Assembly (NCBI GenBank): GCA_028707065.1
Contig: JAQTUZ010000003.1
Span: forward strand, 66,501-130,500
Length of the DNA: 64,000 bases
DNA from: Patescibacteria group bacterium
GTDB taxonomy: Bacteria; Patescibacteriota; Patescibacteriia; Patescibacteriales; WJLG01
Direction of reading: 5' to 3'
This document shows, one piece after another, positions 53,576-61,987 of the stretch (position 1 is the first letter of the stretch; every line of letters begins with the position of its first letter). A program made the position numbers and the translations under genes. Below the pieces are notes generated by a model. The model searched no databases, had not been told where the DNA came from, and saw only the letters and a program-made list of their open reading frames with translations.

Positions 53576-55240
53576 TTACTTCTTATTTATCTTCATCCCC
53601 TCCTTCGTGTCCTCAATAGAAAATCCTTTGGCTTCAATTTCCGCACGCAAACGATCTGACTCCGGCCAATTTTTTTCCGCGCGGGCTTTAGCGCGCGCCT
53701 CGACCAGAACGCCAACTTCGGCGGGAACTGTTTCCTGATCCTGGCCCCGGCAGAGTCTCTCGGAGAGGACTCTGCCGAAATTTAAGCCGAGCACGCGATC
53801 AAAATCTAAAATCGTTGCCAACTTATCCCCTGACAACAAATTTGATTTTAAAACTTCCTGCAGAACCGATAAAGCGGCCGGAGTATTAAAATCATCATTA
53901 ACAGCGGTTACGAATTTTTTTCTATATTCCGCGCTTAACACACCCCCCACTTCGTTCTGCTCCGCAGAACTTCGCGGGGCAAGCCGTCCGCGCGGCGCGT
54001 CCACCCCTCTTGATAGAGGGGAATTTTTTAGCACGCTAATCTGAGAGTATAAATGTTCCAGTCCGTTTTGGGCGGCCTGCAAAGCTTCCCAGGTAAAATT
54101 CTGCGGAGAGCGATAATTGGCGGAAAGAAAATAATATCTTAAAGCTAAGGGTGAAAAACCTTTCTCTTTTACTTCGGCCAAGGTAAAACCAGTGCCTTGA
54201 GACTTGGCCATTTTTTCTTCGTTCACTAAAAGATGTTCGTTGTGCAGCCAATAATTTACATATTTAACGCCGTTGGCCGCTTCGGATTGAGCGATCTCGT
54301 TGGTGTGATGAACCGGAATATGCTCGATGCCGCCCATATGGACGTCCAAGGTCGGACCAAGATATTTTTTACTCATCGCCGAACACTCGATATGCCAGCC
54401 GGGAAAACCTTCACCCGATTTCACCAAAGGCGATTTGAACGGAGATTTCCAAAACTGCAAAGCATTGGCGTGAACGCCGGCGCGAAAAAACCACAAGGCA
54501 AAATCTCGCGGATGTTTTTTAGCCGGATCGGTTACGTCGCCCGAACCCTCCCCGATGATATTTTTTTCCAGATTTTGCCGCGAGAGTTCTGTGTAATTGG
54601 GAAATTTGGAAACATCAAAATAAATCGCGAGCGGCGTGGCATAAGCAAAGCCTTTTTTTAATAAAATTTTAACCATCGCCTGCATCTCTTTAATGTGCTT
54701 GGTGGCGCGCGGTTTTTTCCACGGTTCTTTAATATTCAAATCAACCGCGGCTTGTTCATATTCCTGAATGTATTTTTTTGCAACATCTAATGGAGATTTT
54801 CGAAAATCTTCATCAATAACGTATCCATTTTTATCTTTAACTAAGTTTTCGTAACCACAAAACGGACATACATGAACATTGTTCGAAAACGTTCCGGTCG
54901 CAAAAGCTTTTTTCGTTACGGCTATTCCCGAATTAAAAATCTTTTGACATTTTTTACACTTAACACCTAATCCCGTAGTTGTCATCTTGTCCTCGCCTTC
55001 ATCCTCATCCGAAGTCATATGTCCGACATCGGTATAATTTTTGACATACTTAACTTTATAGCCGTCATATTCAAAAACCCGGCGGATAATATCACCCAAG
55101 ACCGCGGCGCGAAGATTGCCCAGATGCTGGGTCCAATAAACCGTCGGCCCGCATTGATAAAACCCAACTACGCCCTTTTTCAAAGGCTTGAATTCCTCCT
55201 TTTTCTTAGTGAGCGTGTTATACAAATATATTTTCTCCAT
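53576..55240 (-). CDS. cysS: cysteinyl-tRNA synthetase with two insertions
   Basis: 554 aa. [16 protein letters not shown] (HIGH region), [30 protein letters not shown] (KMSKS), and DDFNTPAAL. Confidence 0.93.
   Translation of the reverse strand: MEKIYLYNTLTKKKEEFKPLKKGVVGFYQCGPTVYWTQHLGNLRAAVLGDIIRRVFEYDGYKVKYVKNYTDVGHMTSDEDEGEDKMTTTGLGVKCKKCQKIFNSGIAVTKKAFATGTFSNNVHVCPFCGYENLVKDKNGYVIDEDFRKSPLDVAKKYIQEYEQAAVDLNIKEPWKKPRATKHIKEMQAMVKILLKKGFAYATPLAIYFDVSKFPNYTELSRQNLEKNIIGEGSGDVTDPAKKHPRDFALWFFRAGVHANALQFWKSPFKSPLVKSGEGFPGWHIECSAMSKKYLGPTLDVHMGGIEHIPVHHTNEIAQSEAANGVKYVNYWLHNEHLLVNEEKMAKSQGTGFTLAEVKEKGFSPLALRYYFLSANYRSPQNFTWEALQAAQNGLEHLYSQISVLKNSPLSRGVDAPRGRLAPRSSAEQNEVGGVLSAEYRKKFVTAVNDDFNTPAALSVLQEVLKSNLLSGDKLATILDFDRVLGLNFGRVLSERLCRGQDQETVPAEVGVLVEARAKARAEKNWPESDRLRAEIEAKGFSIEDTKEGMKINKK
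53937..54023. repeat. family A GC-rich palindromic element in frame inside cysS (opposite orientation to the dus copy)
   Basis: aacacaccccccacttcgttctgctccgcagaacttcgcggggcaagccgtccgcgcggcgcgtccacccctcttgatagaggggaat encodes [30 protein letters not shown]. Confidence 0.85.
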
Positions 55241-55278
55241 ATATCTATATTGTAAAGAAATCTGATAAAATTAGCAAA

Positions 55279-55311
55279 TAAAAAAAGGCCGCTCGACAAA
55301 GTCTGGCGGCC
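55279..55311 (-). terminator. rho-independent terminator after hisI-like gene
   Basis: ggccgc-cagactttgtcga-gcggcc followed by TTTTTTTA (minus sense). Confidence 0.7.
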
Positions 55312-55318
55312 GAAATCT

Positions 55319-55771
55319 TCAAACCTTTTTTTGCATTGCTTCTTTGACTTTCTCAAGGCCTAGCCCGTCTTCTTTAGCGACGATCCGGCGGAAATAACAG
55401 GTCAAATATGAATTTCCGTTGTCATCTTTCACATGGCAGGCACCGCCCCGGGGTTTAACCATGAAAAGAAGCGAATCCTGTTCGCAGTTAGTGAAGACGT
55501 CAACAAGTTCAAGCTGGTCGCCGGAAGTTTTTCCCTTTTGCCAAAGACGATTGCGAGTGGTTGACCACATTGTTGCCAGGTCGTCTCTCAAGGAAGCATA
55601 AAATGCTGCCTTGTTAATATAGCCCTCGATCAGCACGAGGAGAGTATCGGCATCCTGGATCGTTACCCTCATCACGTTTCTTCTGGACGTCTTGGCGACC
55701 TTCTTTATTTTGGTGAAATCCAGCATCAGCACATTTCCCGTTTCTCTTACCTTATTCTTTAAGTCAGACAT
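55319..55771 (-). CDS. hisI: phosphoribosyl-AMP cyclohydrolase (HisI)-like protein
   Basis: 150 aa. WSTTRNRLWQKGKTSGDQLELVDVFTNCEQDSLLFMVKPRGGACH...CYFRR aligns with the HisI core WSRSR..LW.KGETSG....DCD.D.LL....GGACH..SCF. Confidence 0.7.
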   Translation of the reverse strand: MSDLKNKVRETGNVLMLDFTKIKKVAKTSRRNVMRVTIQDADTLLVLIEGYINKAAFYASLRDDLATMWSTTRNRLWQKGKTSGDQLELVDVFTNCEQDSLLFMVKPRGGACHVKDDNGNSYLTCYFRRIVAKEDGLGLEKVKEAMQKKV

Positions 55772-55846
55772 ACAACCTCCTGCTTGGTTTGGGTTTAAGT
55801 TATCAAATGTGTAACTTTAAAAATTATCATAATCCGCTATGACAGT

Positions 55847-55883
55847 CAAACAAAAGGCAGAATCCCGATGATGAGATTCTGCC
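55847..55883 (-). terminator. rho-independent terminator
   Basis: ggcagaatc-tcatcatcgg-gattctgcc followed by TTTTGTTTG (minus sense). Confidence 0.7.
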
Positions 55884-55913
55884 AGAGCCAGCAAAGTTTT
55901 TATTATTTTTACT

Positions 55914-56354
55914 TTACAACTTTTGACTTTCAACTTCCGGTTTAAGCCATTTCGCGAAAATCCAGCCGGCGATGATCGCGTTGATCAAGCCGGAAATCAG
56001 CCAGCTGGCAATCATCATCAGAGAAACTTTAAAAGTAGAATAGGAAATCAGCATGCCGGGAATTCCGGCCAACACAAAATATCCCAAGCCGAAATTGATC
56101 CCCCTGATCCAAACTTGCGCGCCTTTGATCTTGTCTTTGACCATGTCCCAGAAAAAAGCCAGGATAATGCCCAGGACAAAAGGATAGAGAAAATAAAGCG
56201 ACATCAGCGGATCAGACCAAGGACGAAAGATCGCCGGATTGGCATACTCGGCATTGATCGCCGGATAGATCATAGTGAATAACCGCGAAATGGCCAAACC
56301 GACGACTAACATGGCCAAACCCGCTAATAAACCAAAAATTAAATTCTTTTTCAT
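55914..56354 (-). CDS. polytopic membrane protein (146 aa)
   Basis: Four hydrophobic segments. No motif recognised. Confidence 0.55.
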   Translation of the reverse strand: MKKNLIFGLLAGLAMLVVGLAISRLFTMIYPAINAEYANPAIFRPWSDPLMSLYFLYPFVLGIILAFFWDMVKDKIKGAQVWIRGINFGLGYFVLAGIPGMLISYSTFKVSLMMIASWLISGLINAIIAGWIFAKWLKPEVESQKL

Positions 56355-56385
56355 AAATTTTTAATTTATAATTTGTAATTTTAAT

Positions 56386-57003
56386 TTATTTAAGTCCATC
56401 GATCTCGTCGATCCTGACCTTGTGCCGATGGCCGGAGTTGTCGCGATAGCGGACATAATATTCGATCCCGTCGGGAAATCTTTTCAGATGCTCCAAGAAT
56501 CGGGCATTAAAGGAAACAAAATAATCCAGATCGATCTTCTCAAAACCGTTGCCGGGAATAACGATCGTCCGCCGAGTGGCGCCGATGCGCTCGGAAGTCG
56601 GCCTGACTTCCAGTTCAAAATTACTGTGATCGAATTTGATCAACAGCTTGGGCTGATCGACCGCTCCGGCGCCGTAGGAAATATTCACGAAATCGGCGAA
56701 CATGCGAAAAATAAAAGTAACGTCCTTGAGCGCGCCATAAGGCCGGCGCGCCAAATCTTTGAAGGCGGAAATTTTAAAACCGTCGCGCTTGCCCTCGGCG
56801 CTAACTCTCAGATGGATCTTGGCGATGCGGATATTGGCCGTCACCTGCCGGCGCATAATCTTCACCGTTTCATAAGTCATGTACGCGTAAACAGCCGTGA
56901 TCAGCACCAAGATCAAGTTGGCGTATTGGTTGGAACTTTCTAAAATTTTATTGATAACTTCAAGCATATTATAGGCAATTTCATTATACCATAAATTTGT
57001 CAA
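56386..57003 (-). CDS. hypothetical protein with one N-terminal TM helix (205 aa)
   Basis: YANLILVLITAVYAYMTY helix followed by a soluble domain. No motif recognised. Confidence 0.5.
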   Translation of the reverse strand: MTNLWYNEIAYNMLEVINKILESSNQYANLILVLITAVYAYMTYETVKIMRRQVTANIRIAKIHLRVSAEGKRDGFKISAFKDLARRPYGALKDVTFIFRMFADFVNISYGAGAVDQPKLLIKFDHSNFELEVRPTSERIGATRRTIVIPGNGFEKIDLDYFVSFNARFLEHLKRFPDGIEYYVRYRDNSGHRHKVRIDEIDGLK

Positions 57004-57057
57004 ATAAAAAACCGCCGATTTGCTGTCTCAGCGGTCGATCATATCCTTGCGGACAGA

Positions 57058-57396
57058 TCATTCTTTCTTTTTAAGTATTTTCATTCCCTGATTGGTCACT
57101 CTGACGCGATAACCATCTGAGGCCAATTTGCCTATCTTATACGGCATATCGATGCCCAGATCGTAAGCGCCTTTTATAATATCCAGGAATGATGAAGTTC
57201 CCTCTTTGCCGCTCTTTCCCCCCAGTTTGTTTATTTCGGGCATAAGGTAAACGGTAACCTGCTCACCGTCATCTTTTTGGATTTTGAGCGTCATCCTCAG
57301 GCTATCACCGGCGACGACAACCCCCTCAAACTCCTCAAAGCCAGTCACGACTATCCCGACTACCGGAACGCTTTTTCCTCCAGCTCCAGGGATCAT
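57058..57396 (-). CDS. hypothetical protein (112 aa)
   Basis: AAGGAGG lies 6 nt upstream of the ATG. No motif recognised. Confidence 0.5.
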   Translation of the reverse strand: MIPGAGGKSVPVVGIVVTGFEEFEGVVVAGDSLRMTLKIQKDDGEQVTVYLMPEINKLGGKSGKEGTSSFLDIIKGAYDLGIDMPYKIGKLASDGYRVRVTNQGMKILKKKE

Positions 57397-57437
57397 CGTT
57401 CACCTCCTTCTTTTTTAAAAAAATGTTCAGCTGTCTT

Positions 57438-59321
57438 TTATTCATTTTTATCGCGCTTTGGCAAAATTGTCAAGGGTTTTTTGATAATTTTCACGGTTGA
57501 CGTCGCGACTGCGGAAAAATTTTCCAATTTGTACAAAGTAAAAATATCATCGGTCGATTTTATTTTCTGCAAAACCAAACCAGCTTGTTTTAATTTGCCA
57601 TCATTCAAATATTTAAAATCCTTCTCCGGAAAAGTAAAATTGAAATAATAAACCGGGATATATTTGGCTAATTTTTGATAAATAATTAACATGGCCGGAT
57701 CGGTAAGATTATTAACAACGACCTTGCGCTCGGGGAAAAATATCTTATCATGATAGCGGGTGATGATCACGGCCGACGGTTCGGTAAGCCTGAGCACCTG
57801 GTCATATTCCGATTTCAAAACTTGGTTATTGGAATCGACATAGAGCAGGCCCTCTTTGGAACCGCTGACCAAAAAATTGGCGGAAAAGAAAAAAATAAAA
57901 ATTATGATGACCGCCTGCGTGGCGCCGATGCTAAATGTCCGGGACGGCCATTGGAGCAGAAAAAAATTCTTAAACTTATTGGAACTGATCTTAACCGCGA
58001 CTTCACTATTTTCAGTATCGCGCGCAAAGATCGCCCAGGACAAACGAGAGATAAAAAAAGCCGCGAACGGCATCGCCCCTAAATAGATTGGCAGCCAATA
58101 ACGGGTGTAAGAATTGCCGATAGTGATTTCGTTAAGATTGGGATTATCATTGAATACCCAGCTGCCGTAATATAAGACCAAAATCGCGCTGGCAATAAAG
58201 TAAGCGAAGAAATACGCCCAATATTTTTTCTTCCATTTCCAAACCCGGGTCATGAACAGGATCAGTCCCAGAAAAGCCGGCCAAAAGAGCAAGGGAAACA
58301 TTTTCGGAAAATAATTTTTAAAATTCTGCCCGGCCTGATTATAATTCAAGCCGAAATAAAAAACAGTATTTTTGATTTTATTCAACGGTTCAAGAATGTA
58401 GGAAAATTGTCCCTTGACGACGGTCTTGGTCAAAACAACGCCCTCGGCCGCGACCGTGGTTATTGAGCGATTTATCTCCACGTAGCCGCCGTTGCTATAG
58501 CCGCCGTAGAGGATTTCGTTCCAAAAAAGCACCGGCACGAAAGGCAAGGCAACGAAACAAACAATGATGATCAATTTCAATATCCCGATCTTTTTTAAAT
58601 TGAACAGCCAAAGGACAATAAGCGCCGGTAGCAGCCAAATGGCCTCGGAAGTTCTGGTGATCAGGGCGCCGCCGACGAACAATCCGCCTAAAGCGGCCAG
58701 GAATAAATTTAACCAATCCATCTGCCAAAACCGCCAAGAAAAAAATTTATTTTTTCTCGGCGCGCGCGTCGCGGCTAAAACAATAAAATACAGGCTGATG
58801 ACCAATAAAGAAACAAATAAAACATTATGAAACAGGCTGTGCACCGAATAAAAATAAAATACCGGAAAACTTAAAAGTAAAAGCGAGCTTAGGAAGGCCA
58901 CCCGCGGCGTAAAAATCTTCTTGATCAAAAGATAATAAAAGAAAAAAGCCAGCGCCGCGAAAAACGGGGTCAAGAATGGGATGACTTTGACTGAAATTAA
59001 CTTGGCAATCGTACCGTAGATCAGAATGACGCCCAAAAAACTCACGGGTTTGAGCAGGCCATTGTCGCTGCGGAAGCTTCTCGGCTGCATGATCTCAGAA
59101 ACGAACGGATTATATTTTTCGTAAATAGTCAGCTGGCCGGTTTGGGCGTAAAGTTTGGCAAAAATATAATTGGCTGTTTCATCAGGCGAACCCCATTTGA
59201 CAAAACCATCGCGCTGCGTAAAAGCGATAAAACCGCAAGCGGCCGCAAAAAATACTGCTGCCAAGAGAACAACGCAGATTTCCCGCCAAAATCTTCTAAT
59301 AAAACTTATTATTTTGGTCAT
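57438..59321 (-). CDS. GT39/ArnT-like polytopic membrane glycosyltransferase (627 aa)
   Basis: More than 10 TM segments. The first loop motif GSPDETANYIFAKLY resembles the DE-containing loop of the PMT/ArnT family. C-terminal soluble domain. Confidence 0.7.
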   Translation of the reverse strand: MTKIISFIRRFWREICVVLLAAVFFAAACGFIAFTQRDGFVKWGSPDETANYIFAKLYAQTGQLTIYEKYNPFVSEIMQPRSFRSDNGLLKPVSFLGVILIYGTIAKLISVKVIPFLTPFFAALAFFFYYLLIKKIFTPRVAFLSSLLLLSFPVFYFYSVHSLFHNVLFVSLLVISLYFIVLAATRAPRKNKFFSWRFWQMDWLNLFLAALGGLFVGGALITRTSEAIWLLPALIVLWLFNLKKIGILKLIIIVCFVALPFVPVLFWNEILYGGYSNGGYVEINRSITTVAAEGVVLTKTVVKGQFSYILEPLNKIKNTVFYFGLNYNQAGQNFKNYFPKMFPLLFWPAFLGLILFMTRVWKWKKKYWAYFFAYFIASAILVLYYGSWVFNDNPNLNEITIGNSYTRYWLPIYLGAMPFAAFFISRLSWAIFARDTENSEVAVKISSNKFKNFFLLQWPSRTFSIGATQAVIIIFIFFFSANFLVSGSKEGLLYVDSNNQVLKSEYDQVLRLTEPSAVIITRYHDKIFFPERKVVVNNLTDPAMLIIYQKLAKYIPVYYFNFTFPEKDFKYLNDGKLKQAGLVLQKIKSTDDIFTLYKLENFSAVATSTVKIIKKPLTILPKRDKNE

Positions 59322-59474
59322 ATAATACGAATACTACGAATTGTACGCGAATACTACAAACCATTGTTATTCCCCTCTCGAGAGGGGTGGCAGGCCGCCT
59401 CGGCCTGACGGGGTGTGTTATTCGATTCGTGGAGTTCGCGGTATTCGCGAATAATTCGTAGTATTCGCATTATA
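59322..59474. repeat. composite element: family C arms enclosing a family A core (59369-59419)
   Basis: tataatacgaatactacgaattgtacgcgaatactacaaacc...[attcccctctcgagaggggtggcaggccgcctcggcctgacggggtgtgtt]...attcgattcgtggagttcgcggtattcgcgaataattcgtagtattcgcattata. It abuts the start codon at 59321. Confidence 0.9.
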
Positions 59475-59541
59475 GGTTATCAAAAAATGCGGATTTTAGC
59501 AAGAAAAAAGCCCATGACCGTAATCACAGGCTTAAGAAGAT

Positions 59542-60192
59542 TCAATTCGTTCCCGGCGAGAATATATTTGGGGGCAAAGGCGGTTCCGGCGGTTCCGTCC
59601 AATCGCCGCAACAGCCTAAACAACCTTTCCAAATATCGCCTATTTCGCCTCCGCATTCTTTGCAGGATTTTTTACAGTTTTGTCTTTGCTCTTTGGCCCG
59701 CTGATTTTTTACACTGTCTTCAATCACCCGCAAACTGTCATGCCGGTCCAAGCTGTCGCGATATGCCTTGCCGTAGAGCGTCCATCCGCAACACATTGCG
59801 CAGGGATTATTGGAATTGCGGCAACATTTTTTATTCTTGGTTTTTGATCCGGTTACCGCCGCATTACGTTTTTCCGTTGGCCGTGCTGCCAATTTAATTT
59901 TTTCCGCGGCCAGCTGGCAACCGGCAAACCGTTCATGCAATAAGATTAAGCCTTCAAGCACCCCGACGCTGGCTATTTCCTGCTTGCCATACTCGCTGCA
60001 GGAAATATCATGATGCCACGCACGATAAGCGCAATGATAGCCCTTGTGCGGCGAAACAAAACGCTGATAAAGATCAATGGAGAATGCCCACGTTTCCTTG
60101 AAAGAAAACAGCACCATCATCAGCGCCGCGAAGCAAGCCGTTGATAAAAACACTCTCTTTATCAGCTTAATGTGCTTTTTGAGAAATTTCAT
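59542..60192 (-). CDS. YidD-like (membrane protein insertion efficiency factor family) protein with a long Cys-rich C-terminal extension
   Basis: 216 aa. N-terminal TM, then IDLYQRFVSPHKGYHCAY...SCSEYGKQEIASVGVLEGLILLHERFAGC (YidD pattern). This is followed by CCRNSNNPCAMCCGW, CKKSCKECGG and CLGCCGDW. Confidence 0.6.
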   Translation of the reverse strand: MKFLKKHIKLIKRVFLSTACFAALMMVLFSFKETWAFSIDLYQRFVSPHKGYHCAYRAWHHDISCSEYGKQEIASVGVLEGLILLHERFAGCQLAAEKIKLAARPTEKRNAAVTGSKTKNKKCCRNSNNPCAMCCGWTLYGKAYRDSLDRHDSLRVIEDSVKNQRAKEQRQNCKKSCKECGGEIGDIWKGCLGCCGDWTEPPEPPLPPNIFSPGTN

Positions 60193-60306
60193 AATGAAAC
60201 CTCCTCTTGTTTTTAAGGATCGACCAAATATAAAGGTAAGCTTATATAAACACAGTAATAATTAAATGTCAATGGCACTTTTTTATTAAAGGATATGTTT
60301 GCTCAA

Positions 60307-60336
60307 TAAAAAAGCGCAAGTCGGGAAAACTTGCGC
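60307..60336 (-). terminator. rho-independent terminator
   Basis: gcgcaagt-tttcccg-acttgcgc followed by TTTTTT (minus sense). Confidence 0.75.
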
Positions 60337-60364
60337 CTTAGGTGAAACCGATTCTTGTTTATCG

Positions 60365-60985
60365 TCAGTTAAGACGAAAAAGGTGCTCGCCATTTATCCC
60401 AGTATTTGGCCCGGACCAGATGATCGTGTCGGAAGATGAAGTTGGCTTCATGGTTCCCCAGCCATTGCCCAGCGTCAAATAATTTCCCAGCATGCTGCAG
60501 GAAAATGAAGCGCGCGATCCGTATGGCCAGCCCAGATAAGCGACGAACAAATCGGCTTTGATAAGAAAAATATCATTGCCGCCGAAAGAATAAGGGCTAG
60601 GCGGTTTTTGGTAAGAAGAATAAAGTCCTAAAAACGGATGAGCGGAATCAGCCTGATCGTAATCGCCGATCTTGACCGGCAACCTTACCGCGCGCGCTTT
60701 AAAATCAAAAACGCTGGTATCGGTCTGGCAATGAACATTGATATCCGCGACACTGTCGCCGGAAAAGGATGCGCCCGAAACTGACAGACTTGAATTATTA
60801 TTCCCGCATTTCCATGCCGAGCCTGACCAGATAAAAACCATCGGCCGGCCGCCTTGTTTTCCCACATAAGCGGAAAAATAGATCCCCGGCTCCGGTTCCT
60901 TCTGCTCTCCGCTATTTGCCGGATTGGAACAATTACTGATCGCCGTCAAACAAACCAATACCGTTAAATTGATGATTTTTATCAT
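60365..60985 (-). CDS. lipoprotein, paralog of 61223-61873
   Basis: 206 aa. Lipobox LTAISNC-S. Shares GIY..., VFIWSGS.W..G, F.GDSVA, ARAVRLP, DY..ADS.HPF.G.Y with the neighbour. Confidence 0.6.
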   Translation of the reverse strand: MIKIINLTVLVCLTAISNCSNPANSGEQKEPEPGIYFSAYVGKQGGRPMVFIWSGSAWKCGNNNSSLSVSGASFSGDSVADINVHCQTDTSVFDFKARAVRLPVKIGDYDQADSAHPFLGLYSSYQKPPSPYSFGGNDIFLIKADLFVAYLGWPYGSRASFSCSMLGNYLTLGNGWGTMKPTSSSDTIIWSGPNTGINGEHLFRLN

Positions 60986-61169
60986 TTGCTTTCCCTTTCA
61001 ACGAATATTTATGATTAAACGAACCAATTGCTTCTTACCATAAATATTAACAAAAATCAAGGCAGGCAGGTAATGTGCGCGCACCTATTGCACTTTCCGC
61101 TAGCTTGATACATATGTCAAAAACTATGCCAAAATCAACTAAAGAATTCACTGATCAAGCTGATTTTTT

Positions 61170-61198
61170 TAAAAAGAGCGTGCCTTATAACACGCTCT
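61170..61198 (-). terminator. rho-independent terminator
   Basis: agagcgtg-ttataagg-cacgctct followed by TTTTT (minus sense). Confidence 0.7.
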
Positions 61199-61222
61199 TG
61201 ATTGTAATATCATTTCAATCTT

Positions 61223-61873
61223 TTAGCGGCCACAACCATCCATACCGACTAGCTGGATGCTGGTTGAGTCGCTTCTAAACCATTGGAGCAGCCCGGTTAA
61301 CGGCTGAGGTGATATTGGATTATAACTTATGTACCCCCAGTTTCGACCAGTCAGAAGCAGTTTCGGCGGATTGCCATCCCTAAAATTGGTACACATCTCC
61401 TCGGCGAAAAAGTTCATATTCTGCGGACCAATAATGGTCGCTTCCCCGACAGCACCGATGATATTACCAGCATCAGTAATAGCAAAGACGTAGGAGTTAT
61501 CATGAGTTCCGTAGATTCCGCTGAACGGGTGCGAAGAATCCGCTACACCATAATCATTGGATAAAATAGGCAAGCGAACAGTTCTGGCGTTAAAGACCAT
61601 GCCGTCGACATATTTCAACACCAGATTCGCAACACTATCGCCCATGAAAGATTCACAGCTGTTGACCGAAATCGCATTCTTGCTTTCGCTGCCGACTCTC
61701 CAAGAAGATCCGCTCCAGATAAACACTTGCGGCGACTGATATTGCGGCACCGGCGATAAATAATATATTCCGGCTACCGGCTGCTTGGTGCTTGCGGAAG
61801 AAACAGAATTTGAGCAACCTGCCAAAATAGCCAAAACATTTAATAAAACTAACGCCAAAAACAACTTAAACAT
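61223..61873 (-). CDS. lipoprotein, paralog of 60365-60985
   Basis: GAGGGGG ribosome-binding site, then MFKLFLALVLLNVLAILAGC-S lipobox from the ATG at 61873. The track start at 61933 lies between the promoter -10 box and the ribosome-binding site. Confidence 0.6.
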   Translation of the reverse strand: MFKLFLALVLLNVLAILAGCSNSVSSASTKQPVAGIYYLSPVPQYQSPQVFIWSGSSWRVGSESKNAISVNSCESFMGDSVANLVLKYVDGMVFNARTVRLPILSNDYGVADSSHPFSGIYGTHDNSYVFAITDAGNIIGAVGEATIIGPQNMNFFAEEMCTNFRDGNPPKLLLTGRNWGYISYNPISPQPLTGLLQWFRSDSTSIQLVGMDGCGR

Positions 61874-61923
61874 AAAACCCCCTCGGATGGATTGTTTAGG
61901 AACATTCTGTTCAACTAATCCGC

Positions 61924-61952
61924 ACTTTATCACACTTTACAACTCTTGTCAA
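61924..61952 (-). promoter_or_regulatory. promoter TTGACA-17-TAAAGT
   Basis: Reverse complement of 61947-61952 is TTGACA and of 61924-61929 is TAAAGT. Confidence 0.5.
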
Positions 61953-61987
61953 TATGTTTCTTCCTGAATATTTGCTAAAATAAGATT

